A stretch of 64,000 bases of DNA from Alphaproteobacteria bacterium GM7ARS4. GTDB taxonomy: Bacteria > Pseudomonadota > Alphaproteobacteria > GM7ARS4. The notes beneath the pieces are model-generated. The model was given only the letters and a program-made list of their open reading frames with translations, was not told the DNA's origin and did not search any database. This document shows positions 7,720 to 16,004 of this stretch, in pieces. Location: assembly GCA_014332745.1 (NCBI GenBank), contig JACONL010000003.1:38207-102206 (forward strand). Reading direction: 5' to 3'. Numbering within the stretch: the first letter of the stretch is position 1; each line of letters opens with the position of its first letter. The position numbers and the translations under genes are program-made.

Positions 7720-9750
7720 TTATCTGATTTTCTCAATGCGTGTCATGTTTCTTTCGCAACCATAAAGGGTTGTTTTAATGCGCTTGCCATCTGGCAATAT
7801 AAGGATGTCATCGGGCTTATCGCCCTGTTCTCCTTTATTTTCAACAATGAGCGCATATTGAGCACCGATTCTTCCCTTGAGCGCGCCTAACACGTCCTCG
7901 TCGCCTTGGGAGCTAGAGACGAGGATGACGACCTGTTGGGCCATCTGAGGCAAAAATGTCGCCGTTGCCTTACGATAAGAAGGGTCGAGATTCCCAAAAG
8001 GCGAATCCAGGAAAAGGGGCGCCACCGTGCCGGGCTTGAGGAATGTGTCTGTATTGTCATGCCTATCCGCCGAGAATTTGACGAGGGCCGCCATGAATGC
8101 CAAACTGAGGAGTTGCTTCTCACCGCCACTCTTGCCGACTGGCGCGCCTGTGTCTTTTCTAAACATGCTCAATCTAAAGGACTCGTCTAGAGACGCCTCG
8201 TATTCTCGCCGCGCCGTCTCGTCAAGGATGGCATTGATGTCTTGGATGATGGTGTGACGTGATTCCTCACGATATGTCGTGAGTTCTGTGTTGAGGCGGG
8301 CGCATGCCGCCTCAATGAGGGCGACCCATGCGCATGCCATCACATACGCCCGGTCGTCCCTGCCTTTCCCCTTCTTTTTCGCCAGACTCTGGTTCGCGAA
8401 GGCTATATCCTTTTCAACATCGGCGCATTTCTGTTCCAACCTCCCAAGTTGTTTAAAGGTGCTTTTGATCCTGTCCTTGGTCTTCCGCAATTCATCTTCT
8501 TTTTTGGTAATCTCTTTATGACTCAAACCCCTTATCTTTTTGCCACATGCTTTAATTCCTCTTTCTATCTCGTCGATATCGCTGTCTAATAAGATCATTG
8601 CACCCGCTATCTTGTCATACGCAGATTGCGCTGACGAGCGTTTTTCTTTGAGCTCACCTGATCGCAGCTTTATTCGAAGCCAGCGGTCATTCATGGTTTT
8701 TGTCGCAGCATTCACGAGCAGTTCTCGAATTGCTTTCTCTTCATCTGAACCAGGCTCGAAGGGCCTGCCACAGATGCATACGCCCCGTTTAAGAATCTCT
8801 TTGACAAAAAATTCTGCAATGTCGCTCGGTAATTTCCCGTCGTCCTCGGCTTTCTTAGTGACTGTCTCGCACTCTTCCATAGCCCGTTGCGACAGCAAGG
8901 CAATGCTATAATCACTAATCCATGCAATTTCCTCACGCTCCTTGTGTGACCGTTCTTTTTTCTTGTCTTTCAGGTCCTTCTCAAGACGTTCTCTCTTTTC
9001 TTGGATGACTCTTACTTTATCGATGTCTTTCAGCTCCTGTTCGATGCTTTTTTGCTTATCTTCTTCAACCTTTAACTGTCCTTTCAAGCCAGCGATCTCT
9101 TCTGAAAGTTTCTTCCTCTGTTCCTTTAGGTCATTAATTTTTTTCTGGTCCTTTTTCGTTTTATCATCGTTCGCGTTGATTTCCGCAATCTCTCGCTCTT
9201 TCGTTTCAGCGATAGCCTTGAGGTTATCCTTGGCATGGTTGGCTTTATGACAGCCGAGCATGTGCTCGATGGCTTTCTTGACATGTTCTGTATTATCTTG
9301 ACTAGAGAAATATTCAGCATGTTCGCCATCAAAAAAGAAGTGGTTAGCCATCTCATCTGGTATGACAGCGTCAACGAGTGGCTGGGGGTACGGCATAACG
9401 TTACCATTGCCATCAGCAATGTCCCACGCCTTTAGCGTCATCTCCCCGCTATGGTCTATACGCCTCTTTACATCATAGTCCTTGTCTTTATGCTCAAAAG
9501 ACACGGTGACGGACGCATGCTCCGCCCCTTCCTCTCTCGCTTGGTCACAGATAATTCTCTCTTTGAATTCAGTGCGTGCCGTCATGCGCCCATGGAAGCA
9601 CCAGAGTAGGGCATTGAGCAGGGCGGTCTTGCCAACGCCATTCTCGGCATGAATGAGGGTGACATTCCTCTCCTCATCTGTGGACAGGGTGAACTCCTGT
9701 TCCCCGTAGAATTGCCTGAAGTTTTCTAAAGAAATGGTCTCTAACCGCAT
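7720..9750 (-). CDS. DndD/SMC/Rad50-like ABC ATPase with long coiled coils and a central CxC hook; second gene of the candidate defence operon
   Basis: 676 aa. The N-terminus is MRLETISLENFRQFYG, with Walker A ENGVGKT (K41, nt 9628-9630). Lys/Glu-rich coiled coils span about aa 170-300 and 395-460. KRGVCICGRPF (C325/C327, nt 8770-8778) sits between the arms. ABC signature SGGEKQ is at 541-546 and Walker B/D-loop PLFLDSPFGNLD at 578-589. Confidence 0.85.
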   Translation of the reverse strand: MRLETISLENFRQFYGEQEFTLSTDEERNVTLIHAENGVGKTALLNALLWCFHGRMTARTEFKERIICDQAREEGAEHASVTVSFEHKDKDYDVKRRIDHSGEMTLKAWDIADGNGNVMPYPQPLVDAVIPDEMANHFFFDGEHAEYFSSQDNTEHVKKAIEHMLGCHKANHAKDNLKAIAETKEREIAEINANDDKTKKDQKKINDLKEQRKKLSEEIAGLKGQLKVEEDKQKSIEQELKDIDKVRVIQEKRERLEKDLKDKKKERSHKEREEIAWISDYSIALLSQRAMEECETVTKKAEDDGKLPSDIAEFFVKEILKRGVCICGRPFEPGSDEEKAIRELLVNAATKTMNDRWLRIKLRSGELKEKRSSAQSAYDKIAGAMILLDSDIDEIERGIKACGKKIRGLSHKEITKKEDELRKTKDRIKSTFKQLGRLEQKCADVEKDIAFANQSLAKKKGKGRDDRAYVMACAWVALIEAACARLNTELTTYREESRHTIIQDINAILDETARREYEASLDESFRLSMFRKDTGAPVGKSGGEKQLLSLAFMAALVKFSADRHDNTDTFLKPGTVAPLFLDSPFGNLDPSYRKATATFLPQMAQQVVILVSSSQGDEDVLGALKGRIGAQYALIVENKGEQGDKPDDILILPDGKRIKTTLYGCERNMTRIEKIR

Positions 9751-9759
9751 GGTATAATC

Positions 9760-9984
9760 CTATTTGGACATCTCCTTATATGCCTGTGACACCACGAATT
9801 CGATCCGTTTTCTTATCTCCCTTAGTCTCACTGAGTCGCCAGTTCCGGGCTCATACGGCTCGTCCTCCAGCTTCATTATATGGGTCAGGAGGATTTCAAC
9901 CCACCCCTTACTTGTGACGCGTTCTATAAGGGCATTGAGCATGGAATTCTCGGGGTCTTGTGGCAAAGGTAAATCTTGTGACAT
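9760..9984 (-). CDS. Small hypothetical protein; first gene of the candidate defence operon
   Basis: 74 aa with no recognisable motif. GGGAGA Shine-Dalgarno about 7 nt upstream of the ATG at 9984. Its stop is 9 nt before the ATPase ATG. Confidence 0.5.
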   Translation of the reverse strand: MSQDLPLPQDPENSMLNALIERVTSKGWVEILLTHIMKLEDEPYEPGTGDSVRLREIRKRIEFVVSQAYKEMSK

Positions 9985-10060
9985 GGGCGCTCTCCCGTCT
10001 CTTGATGGTTGGCATGGCTGAGGCGCAATGCTCGCAAGGCACTCAACCTATGATAGCACA

Positions 10061-10089
10061 AGTGTAAAGAGGGGGTGACGTTGATTCAA
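10061..10089 (-). promoter_or_regulatory. Candidate sigma70-type promoter for the four-gene operon
   Basis: The minus strand reads TTGAAT (10089-10084), a 17-nt spacer, then TACACT (10066-10061). This lies about 75 nt upstream of ATG 9984. Confidence 0.4.
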
Positions 10090-10100
10090 CCATTTTTTCA

Positions 10101-10125
10101 TTGACCCTTTTGACCTTTTTGACCC
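10101..10125. repeat. Three direct TTGACC(C/T) repeats with 9-bp periodicity
   Basis: ttgaccc (10101), ttgacc (10110) and ttgaccc (10119) separated by T-runs. They lie between the candidate operon promoter and tRNA-Leu. Confidence 0.8.
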
Positions 10126-10207
10126 ATGAGCCCGCCTATTTTGATTTTGCTAAAATGCTGTCATGGCATTAGGATGGGGACACAAAGAGAGGGCGGGGCG
10201 TTATCAT

Positions 10208-10294
10208 GCCTCCGTGGCGGAATTGGTAGACGCGACGGACTCAAAATCCGTTTCTCGCAAGAGAGTGCCCGTTCGAGTCGGGCCGGAGGTACCA
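10208..10294 (+). tRNA. tRNA-Leu (anticodon CAA), CCA encoded
   Basis: Acceptor gcctccg/cggaggt (G1-U72 wobble), D arm gcgg-aattggtaga-cgcg region, anticodon loop ctCAAaa, long variable arm, T arm gcccg-ttcgagt-cgggc, then a-cca. Confidence 0.8.
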
Positions 10295-10371
10295 AACATC
10301 ATGCGCGCCACTTAGGCACACGCCAACCATAGAGACACCAACCAAAAATAGATAAGATACACAACATATAT

Positions 10372-11382
10372 ATGTCGTCCTTCCTTTCTCTCGTCATCGT
10401 CCAAGGGCTGTTCTTTGTCTATATGCTCAAGGGGGGTATACGCTTAGGCTATGCCTTGCTTCTACCCTTTACGAACATACACCTTGACCCTATTTATCCC
10501 GCCAGCACCAGCCTCTTCGAACAGCATAAAAAGGCCGATGAATTATGGCTTGTGCTTGCCTTTTTTGCTCTTCTCACCCTCAGTGACGCATGGCGTGGGC
10601 TTATGCCAATCCTCCAAGCTCCCCTCTTGTCGCTCCTCTTGTTTTTCTGTCTTCACTACGCCTTGTTATTGTTGGAAAGACAACAGAGAAAAACGACCCG
10701 TTTCCCCGTCATCGCCTGTTGTCTCGCCGCCAATGCCCTCGTCATCACATCCCTGCTGACATACATTGTCATCGTCGTGGCGGGATTAGAACGGGTGACA
10801 GATATTCCCGCCCATATCCTTGTCCTTGTGGCGCTTTTTCTCACGACACCATCCTTATGTATCATGCTCGCTGTCCAGAGATTGCCAAAATCGCCCTTCG
10901 TGGATCGCCTCTCCCTCGGCATTGTCTTGTTTCTCTGTATGCTCCTGCCTGTTATCAGCTTGCTCCCCATACAAAGCGCCGACACATTGTGGCATCAATT
11001 GCCTCTGGCTGTGCCTCTCGCCCTTATCCCTTTTTTCTTGTGCGTGAATGCTGTCGCCCTTGTGGCAAGCATCAAGGCAAGGCTCGCCCATCCACCCTAT
11101 CCGACTCTGTGCGCCCCTCCTTTCCTCGCCTATAGTTTCTCGCTTCTCACCTTTATCGGTCTCGGTATCACGCTACAAACACCCCATCATCACGCCATCG
11201 ACCAAGCCTCTCTTACGCCATCCTCAACCATATCCTTATGGGCGCTGCTGTTTATTATTGCCTCTGTCATCGTCCTCTTATGGTGGGAAGAGACATCGAG
11301 ACGCATGCGCCTCCTGCGCGTCTTCCACAGACTAGGCCTCACATCGCCCTTCCGCTTCCTATGGAAAGAAGGGAAGAGATAA
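10372..11382 (+). CDS. Polytopic integral membrane protein, function unknown
   Basis: 336 aa with about 9-10 hydrophobic segments and no recognisable motif. The 3' end overlaps the convergent gltS by 24 nt. Confidence 0.5.
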   Translation: MSSFLSLVIVQGLFFVYMLKGGIRLGYALLLPFTNIHLDPIYPASTSLFEQHKKADELWLVLAFFALLTLSDAWRGLMPILQAPLLSLLLFFCLHYALLLLERQQRKTTRFPVIACCLAANALVITSLLTYIVIVVAGLERVTDIPAHILVLVALFLTTPSLCIMLAVQRLPKSPFVDRLSLGIVLFLCMLLPVISLLPIQSADTLWHQLPLAVPLALIPFFLCVNAVALVASIKARLAHPPYPTLCAPPFLAYSFSLLTFIGLGITLQTPHHHAIDQASLTPSSTISLWALLFIIASVIVLLWWEETSRRMRLLRVFHRLGLTSPFRFLWKEGKR

Positions 11383-12636
11383 AAAGGACTGAATGACAGC
11401 GACATTAAGAATGTCGATAAAGAACGCGCCTACAAGAGGCACGATGAGAAAGGCTTGTTGAGACGCCCCGTAACGCTCGCTGAGCGCGCCCATGTTAGAG
11501 ACGGCTGTGGGCGTCGCCCCTAAACCAAAGCCACAATGACCGCCAGCGACAACAGCCGCATCATAATGCGTCGCCATCACCCGCCCCATGACACGATAGG
11601 TGATGACCTGAGCATAGACCGCCATCATGACGACTTGTCCCGCTAAAATAACGAGCATGGGAAGGGCGAGATGCACCAATTCGCCTACATTTAGCGCCAT
11701 AATGGCAGACGCCAGAAAAAGACCCAGAGAAACACGCGCAATAATATCGAGAATAGGAAGCTCAAGCACAGGGATATGGGCAATATCACAGCTGTTACGA
11801 ATGATAATGCCCGCCATAATGACCCACACAAACGTTGGAATTGTCAGCGTGCTGTCCGTCCCCTCCATCCACGTATCCATCCACCCCGCAAAGAGAACAC
11901 AGAGCAAAATAACAAACATATGCACTAAAAACCCTTGAATGCCCGGACTCGGCATCATCTCTCTGCTCGTAAAGAACATGGATGTCACGGACTGAGGTGA
12001 GTCGCGTGTGTCGCCTGTCTTCTCGGTCGTAGGCTTTAACCCGTGACGTTGGATGAGGCGTTGTGCCACAGGACCACCCAGCAAGCCTCCCGCCACCAAA
12101 CCAAAGGTTGCCGCCGCTAGTGAGATTTCTTTTGCCCCTTGCAAACCATATGTCTCCTCGAAAAGCGCGCTCCACGCTAATCCCGTCCCATGACCTCCAG
12201 AGAGTGTCACCGAGCCACCAATGAGACCAACGGCTGGATGGACGTCCATGAGCCATGCGAGGACAATACCCACGCTATTTTGCATCACTAAAAGCCCCGT
12301 GGCGATGAGGAGAAAAAGAGGAATATGCGAACCGCCTTGAAGTAAGAGCTTATAACTTGCGCCTAAACCCACTGTAGCGAAAAAACTCAGCATCAAGACA
12401 TCCTTGACGGATTCATCAAATGTTATCACCATGAGGCCCGACTGCACGAACGCACTCACCAAGAGAGATGCCATAAGACCGCCAGCAATGGCCGCGGGAA
12501 TGTTGTTCTCCCTCAGCCAAGGTATGCGCGCGACCAAAACCCTCCCCAAGAATAAAACGGGGAAAGCGAGCGTCAAAGTCTCTATAAAGGTGAATGCCAT
12601 AGACAAAGAGTGTAGAGGGGGAGCGTACAGGGTCAA
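11359..12636 (-). CDS. gltS: Sodium/glutamate symporter (GltS family)
   Basis: 425 aa. The polytopic profile and N-terminal region (LTLAFPVLFLGRVLVARIPWLRENNIPAAIAGGL) are typical of GltS. The true start may be the internal MAFTF. Confidence 0.7.
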   Translation of the reverse strand: MTLYAPPLHSLSMAFTFIETLTLAFPVLFLGRVLVARIPWLRENNIPAAIAGGLMASLLVSAFVQSGLMVITFDESVKDVLMLSFFATVGLGASYKLLLQGGSHIPLFLLIATGLLVMQNSVGIVLAWLMDVHPAVGLIGGSVTLSGGHGTGLAWSALFEETYGLQGAKEISLAAATFGLVAGGLLGGPVAQRLIQRHGLKPTTEKTGDTRDSPQSVTSMFFTSREMMPSPGIQGFLVHMFVILLCVLFAGWMDTWMEGTDSTLTIPTFVWVIMAGIIIRNSCDIAHIPVLELPILDIIARVSLGLFLASAIMALNVGELVHLALPMLVILAGQVVMMAVYAQVITYRVMGRVMATHYDAAVVAGGHCGFGLGATPTAVSNMGALSERYGASQQAFLIVPLVGAFFIDILNVAVIQSFLSLPFFP

Positions 12637-12684
12637 GAGAACATCTAACCTATATAATCGTTTCCTTGAAGAGGCAAGGATATC

Positions 12685-13968
12685 ATGGAAGAAAGCACGT
12701 CAACGGTCAAGACAACACGCCCCCATACAGGCGCATTGTCTGGTATGACCGTCCTTGACATGACACGCGTCCTCGCAGGACCTACATGCACGCAGATTCT
12801 TGGCGACCTTGGCGCTGACATTCTGAAAATAGAACGTCCCATCCATGGCGATGATTCTCGCGCCATGGGACCGCCCTATGCTGATGCCCATGCCGACAAT
12901 CCCCAAGAGAGCGCCTATTTTATCAGCGTCAATCGCAATAAACGTTCCCTTGCGCTCAATCTTACCCAACCCCAAGGACAGGCGATCGCCCGCCAACTCA
13001 TGGCGAAAAGCGATATTGTTGTCGAAAATTTCCGAAAAGGAGTCACCGAACGCTGGCAACTGGATTATAGCACGGCATGCCGTCATCACCCCCATATCAT
13101 CTATTGTTCGCTCAGTGGCTTTGGACGCACAGGACCCTATGCAGACCGAGGTGGCTATGATTTCCTCATACAAGCAATGGGAGGACTCATGAGTATCACT
13201 GGCGACGTCCATGGAACACCCATGAAAGCCAGCGGCGGACTCATCGATGTGCTCACAGGACTCTACGCATCGACAGCGATCCTTGCGGCTCTTCACCACC
13301 GCCAACGCACAGGACAAGGGCAACATATCGATATGGCGCTCTTTGATACCCAAATAGCCTATCTAGGATATATCGCCCAATCCTATCTCATGTCGAAGGA
13401 GATGCCACAACGCTACGGCAATAGCCATCCCACCATTGTGCCATACCAACTCTTTCACGCTCAAGACGAACCCATCATCCTTGCCATCGGTAGCGACCTC
13501 CAATTCCAGCGATTCTGTCATTATGCGCAATGTGACGCCCTCGCCCAAGACAAGCGATTCGCAACGAATGCAACGCGTGTCCAACATAGGCAAGAATTGA
13601 TAGGACAGCTCCAACATATCATAAAACAGCACAACGCCCAGTATTGGTGTGAAGGGCTCACACAATGCCACGTCCCATGCTCACATATACGGGCTATTCC
13701 CGATGTCCTCAAAGACCCGCAGGCACAGGCGCGCCATATGGTGCGCCATATGCCTTATCAACCATCGGGACATGCCAAACAAGAGACCTTGCCCTTTATC
13801 GCCTCGCCCATGACAATGGAGAAAACACCCATCCAATATCGACATCCTCCGCCCCGTTGTGGCGAACAGAGCAACGCCATCCTCAAAGAGTATCTTGGCA
13901 TGACGGATAAGGACATCACGCGCCTCATAGAGGACGGGATCGTCTCCTCGCCTTCACAGAAGAGATAA
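12685..13968 (+). CDS. CoA-transferase family III (CaiB/BaiF-type) protein
   Basis: 427 aa with the family-typical N-terminus LSGMTVLDMTRVLAGPTCTQILGDLGADILKIERP..GDDSR. Confidence 0.8.
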   Translation: MEESTSTVKTTRPHTGALSGMTVLDMTRVLAGPTCTQILGDLGADILKIERPIHGDDSRAMGPPYADAHADNPQESAYFISVNRNKRSLALNLTQPQGQAIARQLMAKSDIVVENFRKGVTERWQLDYSTACRHHPHIIYCSLSGFGRTGPYADRGGYDFLIQAMGGLMSITGDVHGTPMKASGGLIDVLTGLYASTAILAALHHRQRTGQGQHIDMALFDTQIAYLGYIAQSYLMSKEMPQRYGNSHPTIVPYQLFHAQDEPIILAIGSDLQFQRFCHYAQCDALAQDKRFATNATRVQHRQELIGQLQHIIKQHNAQYWCEGLTQCHVPCSHIRAIPDVLKDPQAQARHMVRHMPYQPSGHAKQETLPFIASPMTMEKTPIQYRHPPPRCGEQSNAILKEYLGMTDKDITRLIEDGIVSSPSQKR

Positions 13969-14002
13969 AGACAACGATAGGAACGATTTTTCCAAATTTC
14001 TG

Positions 14003-14031
14003 TTGACAGCCTCTCTCTTAAACTCTATCTA
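14003..14031 (+). promoter_or_regulatory. Near-consensus sigma70 promoter with no downstream protein gene
   Basis: TTGACA (14003-14008), a 17-nt spacer, then TATCTA (14026-14031). Confidence 0.5.
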
Positions 14032-14037
14032 TAGGAC

Positions 14038-14144
14038 ACACGGGGATGTTGCCGTCCGCAGTCGTGTGGCGCATCATGTGTTCCCCGTCATTATGCTCTC
14101 CGGGCCCACCCTGCCCCCCCCAGGGTCCGGGGGGCACTTTTTTT
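14038..14144 (+). ncRNA. Candidate small RNA (~105 nt), unclassified
   Basis: Bounded by the promoter above and an intrinsic terminator (C8/G6 stem plus T7). There is an internal hairpin acgggga...tccccgt. It lies between convergent genes, the CoA-transferase and dapD. Confidence 0.4.
14114..14144 (+). terminator. Rho-independent terminator
   Basis: A C-run (14114-14121) pairs with a G-run (14129-14134) around the loop agggtcc, followed by cac and TTTTTTT (14138-14144). Confidence 0.6.
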
Positions 14145-14166
14145 AAAGGCAAGGGCGGGAGGGGCT

Positions 14167-15093
14167 TTACGACTCTCGTAACAAGGCATTGAGGGATGTT
14201 TTGCGTCGAGTCTGCGCATCTACCTTCTTGACGATCACAGCCACATTGAGAGAGGGCAAACGCACATCGTCTGTGGAGGCGTGTGGCGCTGGCAAACTGC
14301 CCGGAACGATCACCGAATAGGGAGGCACTTCGCCATAGGTGATGTCGCCTGTTGCCCTATCGACAATCTTCGTCGATGCGCCCAGATAGACACCCATGGC
14401 AAGAACACTTCCCTGCCCCACACGGACGCCTTCCGCTATCTCACAGCGCGCACCAATAAAACAATCATCTTCGATAATAACGGGAGTCGCCTGTAAAGGC
14501 TCTAACACGCCACCAATCCCTGCCCCCCCTGATATATGGCAATTATTGCCAATGTGCGCACAAGAGCCCACTGTCGCCCATGTGTCCACCATCGTTCCCG
14601 TTCCCACATAGGCGCCGATATTGATAAAACATGGCATAAGAACAGCCTGACGCCCGATATAGGCGCCACGGCGAATGATAGAGCCCGGCACAGCGCGAAA
14701 TCCATGACGTCTCCATGTCGCCTCGTCCCAGCCACTTGTCTTGAGAGGCACTTTGTCGAACCACTGCCCTGCCACGCCACCGCCTCGAAGGTCATGGCCA
14801 AAGGACAGAACACGGCTCTCTTCTATGGTGAAAGAGAGGAGAATGGCTTTTTTCACCCATTGATGAACGCGCCAACCACCTTCCTCATGGGTTGCCACCC
14901 TGAGAACGCCTTCATCGAGGAGGTCAATGGTCTGACGCACCGCATCGACGGCGTCCTTGTCCAGCGAGGAAGAGGCATGGTCATAGGCGCGCTCTACCCG
15001 TCGTTGTATATCCCTATAGCGCTCACTCTTATGATGACTTGTGGCTGTCATGCTCCTGTCGTCATGGTATCGCTCGCCCCTTAGGGTGAGCAT
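14167..15093 (-). CDS. dapD: 2,3,4,5-tetrahydropyridine-2,6-dicarboxylate N-succinyltransferase
   Basis: 308 aa with hexapeptide-repeat left-handed beta-helix sequence ([59 protein letters not shown]). The start is probably an internal Met. Confidence 0.85.
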   Translation of the reverse strand: MLTLRGERYHDDRSMTATSHHKSERYRDIQRRVERAYDHASSSLDKDAVDAVRQTIDLLDEGVLRVATHEEGGWRVHQWVKKAILLSFTIEESRVLSFGHDLRGGGVAGQWFDKVPLKTSGWDEATWRRHGFRAVPGSIIRRGAYIGRQAVLMPCFINIGAYVGTGTMVDTWATVGSCAHIGNNCHISGGAGIGGVLEPLQATPVIIEDDCFIGARCEIAEGVRVGQGSVLAMGVYLGASTKIVDRATGDITYGEVPPYSVIVPGSLPAPHASTDDVRLPSLNVAVIVKKVDAQTRRKTSLNALLRES

Positions 15094-15995
15094 GGCGTGT
15101 GTTTGATAATGGTGCCCGCCCCATGTTCTGTGAAAATCTCCAATAAGAGGGCATGAGGCTTACGCCCATCCAAGATGACGGCAGCCTCTACCCCTTGTTC
15201 TACCGCACGGAGACACGTGTCGACTTTGGGAATCATCCCGCCATGGATTGTGCCATCTCGCATATAGGTTCGCGCCTGTTCGATATCGAGCGTTGGCATG
15301 ATCGCCCCTCCTTTATCCTTGATTCCTTGCACATCTGTCAACAGCATAAAACGTTTTGCCCTCAAAGCAACGGCAATGGCGCCAGCCGCCGTGTCAGCAT
15401 TGATATTATACGTAAGGCCATCATCGCCCGATGCAACGGGAGCAATGACGGGAATGACACCTTGTCCCCCCAATATCGTTAAAATATCAGGGTTGACATC
15501 GTGAGGCTCGCCCACAAAACCTAAATCCAAGACGTTCTCAATATGCGATTCATGGTCGCGCTTTTTATGTGTCACCTTTTTTGCTGTCATCAATCGCCCA
15601 TCTTTGCCAGATATGCCTATGACGTTCCCCCCCGCATGGTGAATGAGAGAAACAATCTCTTTGTTGATAGTACCCGCTAAAACCATCTCGACAATGAGCG
15701 CTGTCTCCTTGTCCGTGATACGCAAGCCATCGATGAACGCGCTCTTGATTTTGAGACGCTCTAACATCGCACCGATCTGCGGCCCGCCCCCATGCACGAT
15801 GAAAGGACAAATACCGATATGTTGGAGCAAAATAATGTCTGTGGCGAATGTATCCATGAGGTTCTTGTCGCCCATGACAGCACCCCCCAATTTGATGACA
15901 AAGTTCTTCCCTCGATGTAGACGCATGTAGGGAAGGGCTTTGGCAAGGATACGCGCCTCTTCATGGGGCGATACGGCTGACGGAGACGCTGGCAT
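15081..15995 (-). CDS. argB: Acetylglutamate kinase
   Basis: 304 aa with [23 protein letters not shown] and [11 protein letters not shown], typical of ArgB. Confidence 0.9.
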   Translation of the reverse strand: MPASPSAVSPHEEARILAKALPYMRLHRGKNFVIKLGGAVMGDKNLMDTFATDIILLQHIGICPFIVHGGGPQIGAMLERLKIKSAFIDGLRITDKETALIVEMVLAGTINKEIVSLIHHAGGNVIGISGKDGRLMTAKKVTHKKRDHESHIENVLDLGFVGEPHDVNPDILTILGGQGVIPVIAPVASGDDGLTYNINADTAAGAIAVALRAKRFMLLTDVQGIKDKGGAIMPTLDIEQARTYMRDGTIHGGMIPKVDTCLRAVEQGVEAAVILDGRKPHALLLEIFTEHGAGTIIKHTPCSP

Positions 15996-16004
15996 TGGCA
16001 GACC

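Noticed and set aside
5014-9984. Classifying the operon as a classic Dnd/Ssp phosphorothioation system, type I/III R-M, Lamassu, Wadjet or Mokosh
   Set aside because: There is no cysteine desulfurase, DndC/DndE or SspABCD, and no methyltransferase or specificity subunit. Lamassu and Wadjet partner proteins and gene order do not fit, and the Mokosh helicase is SF1 Upf1-like rather than ResIII/DEAH. This judgement is from memory of system definitions and needs DefenseFinder or PADLOC confirmation.
14046-14192. 48-aa ORF (MLPSAVVWRIMCSPSLCSPGPPCPPQGPGG...) inside the sRNA candidate
   Set aside because: There is no properly spaced Shine-Dalgarno. The translation is low-complexity Pro/Gly, produced by the terminator C/G runs. 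It would read through the terminator into the dapD 3' end.
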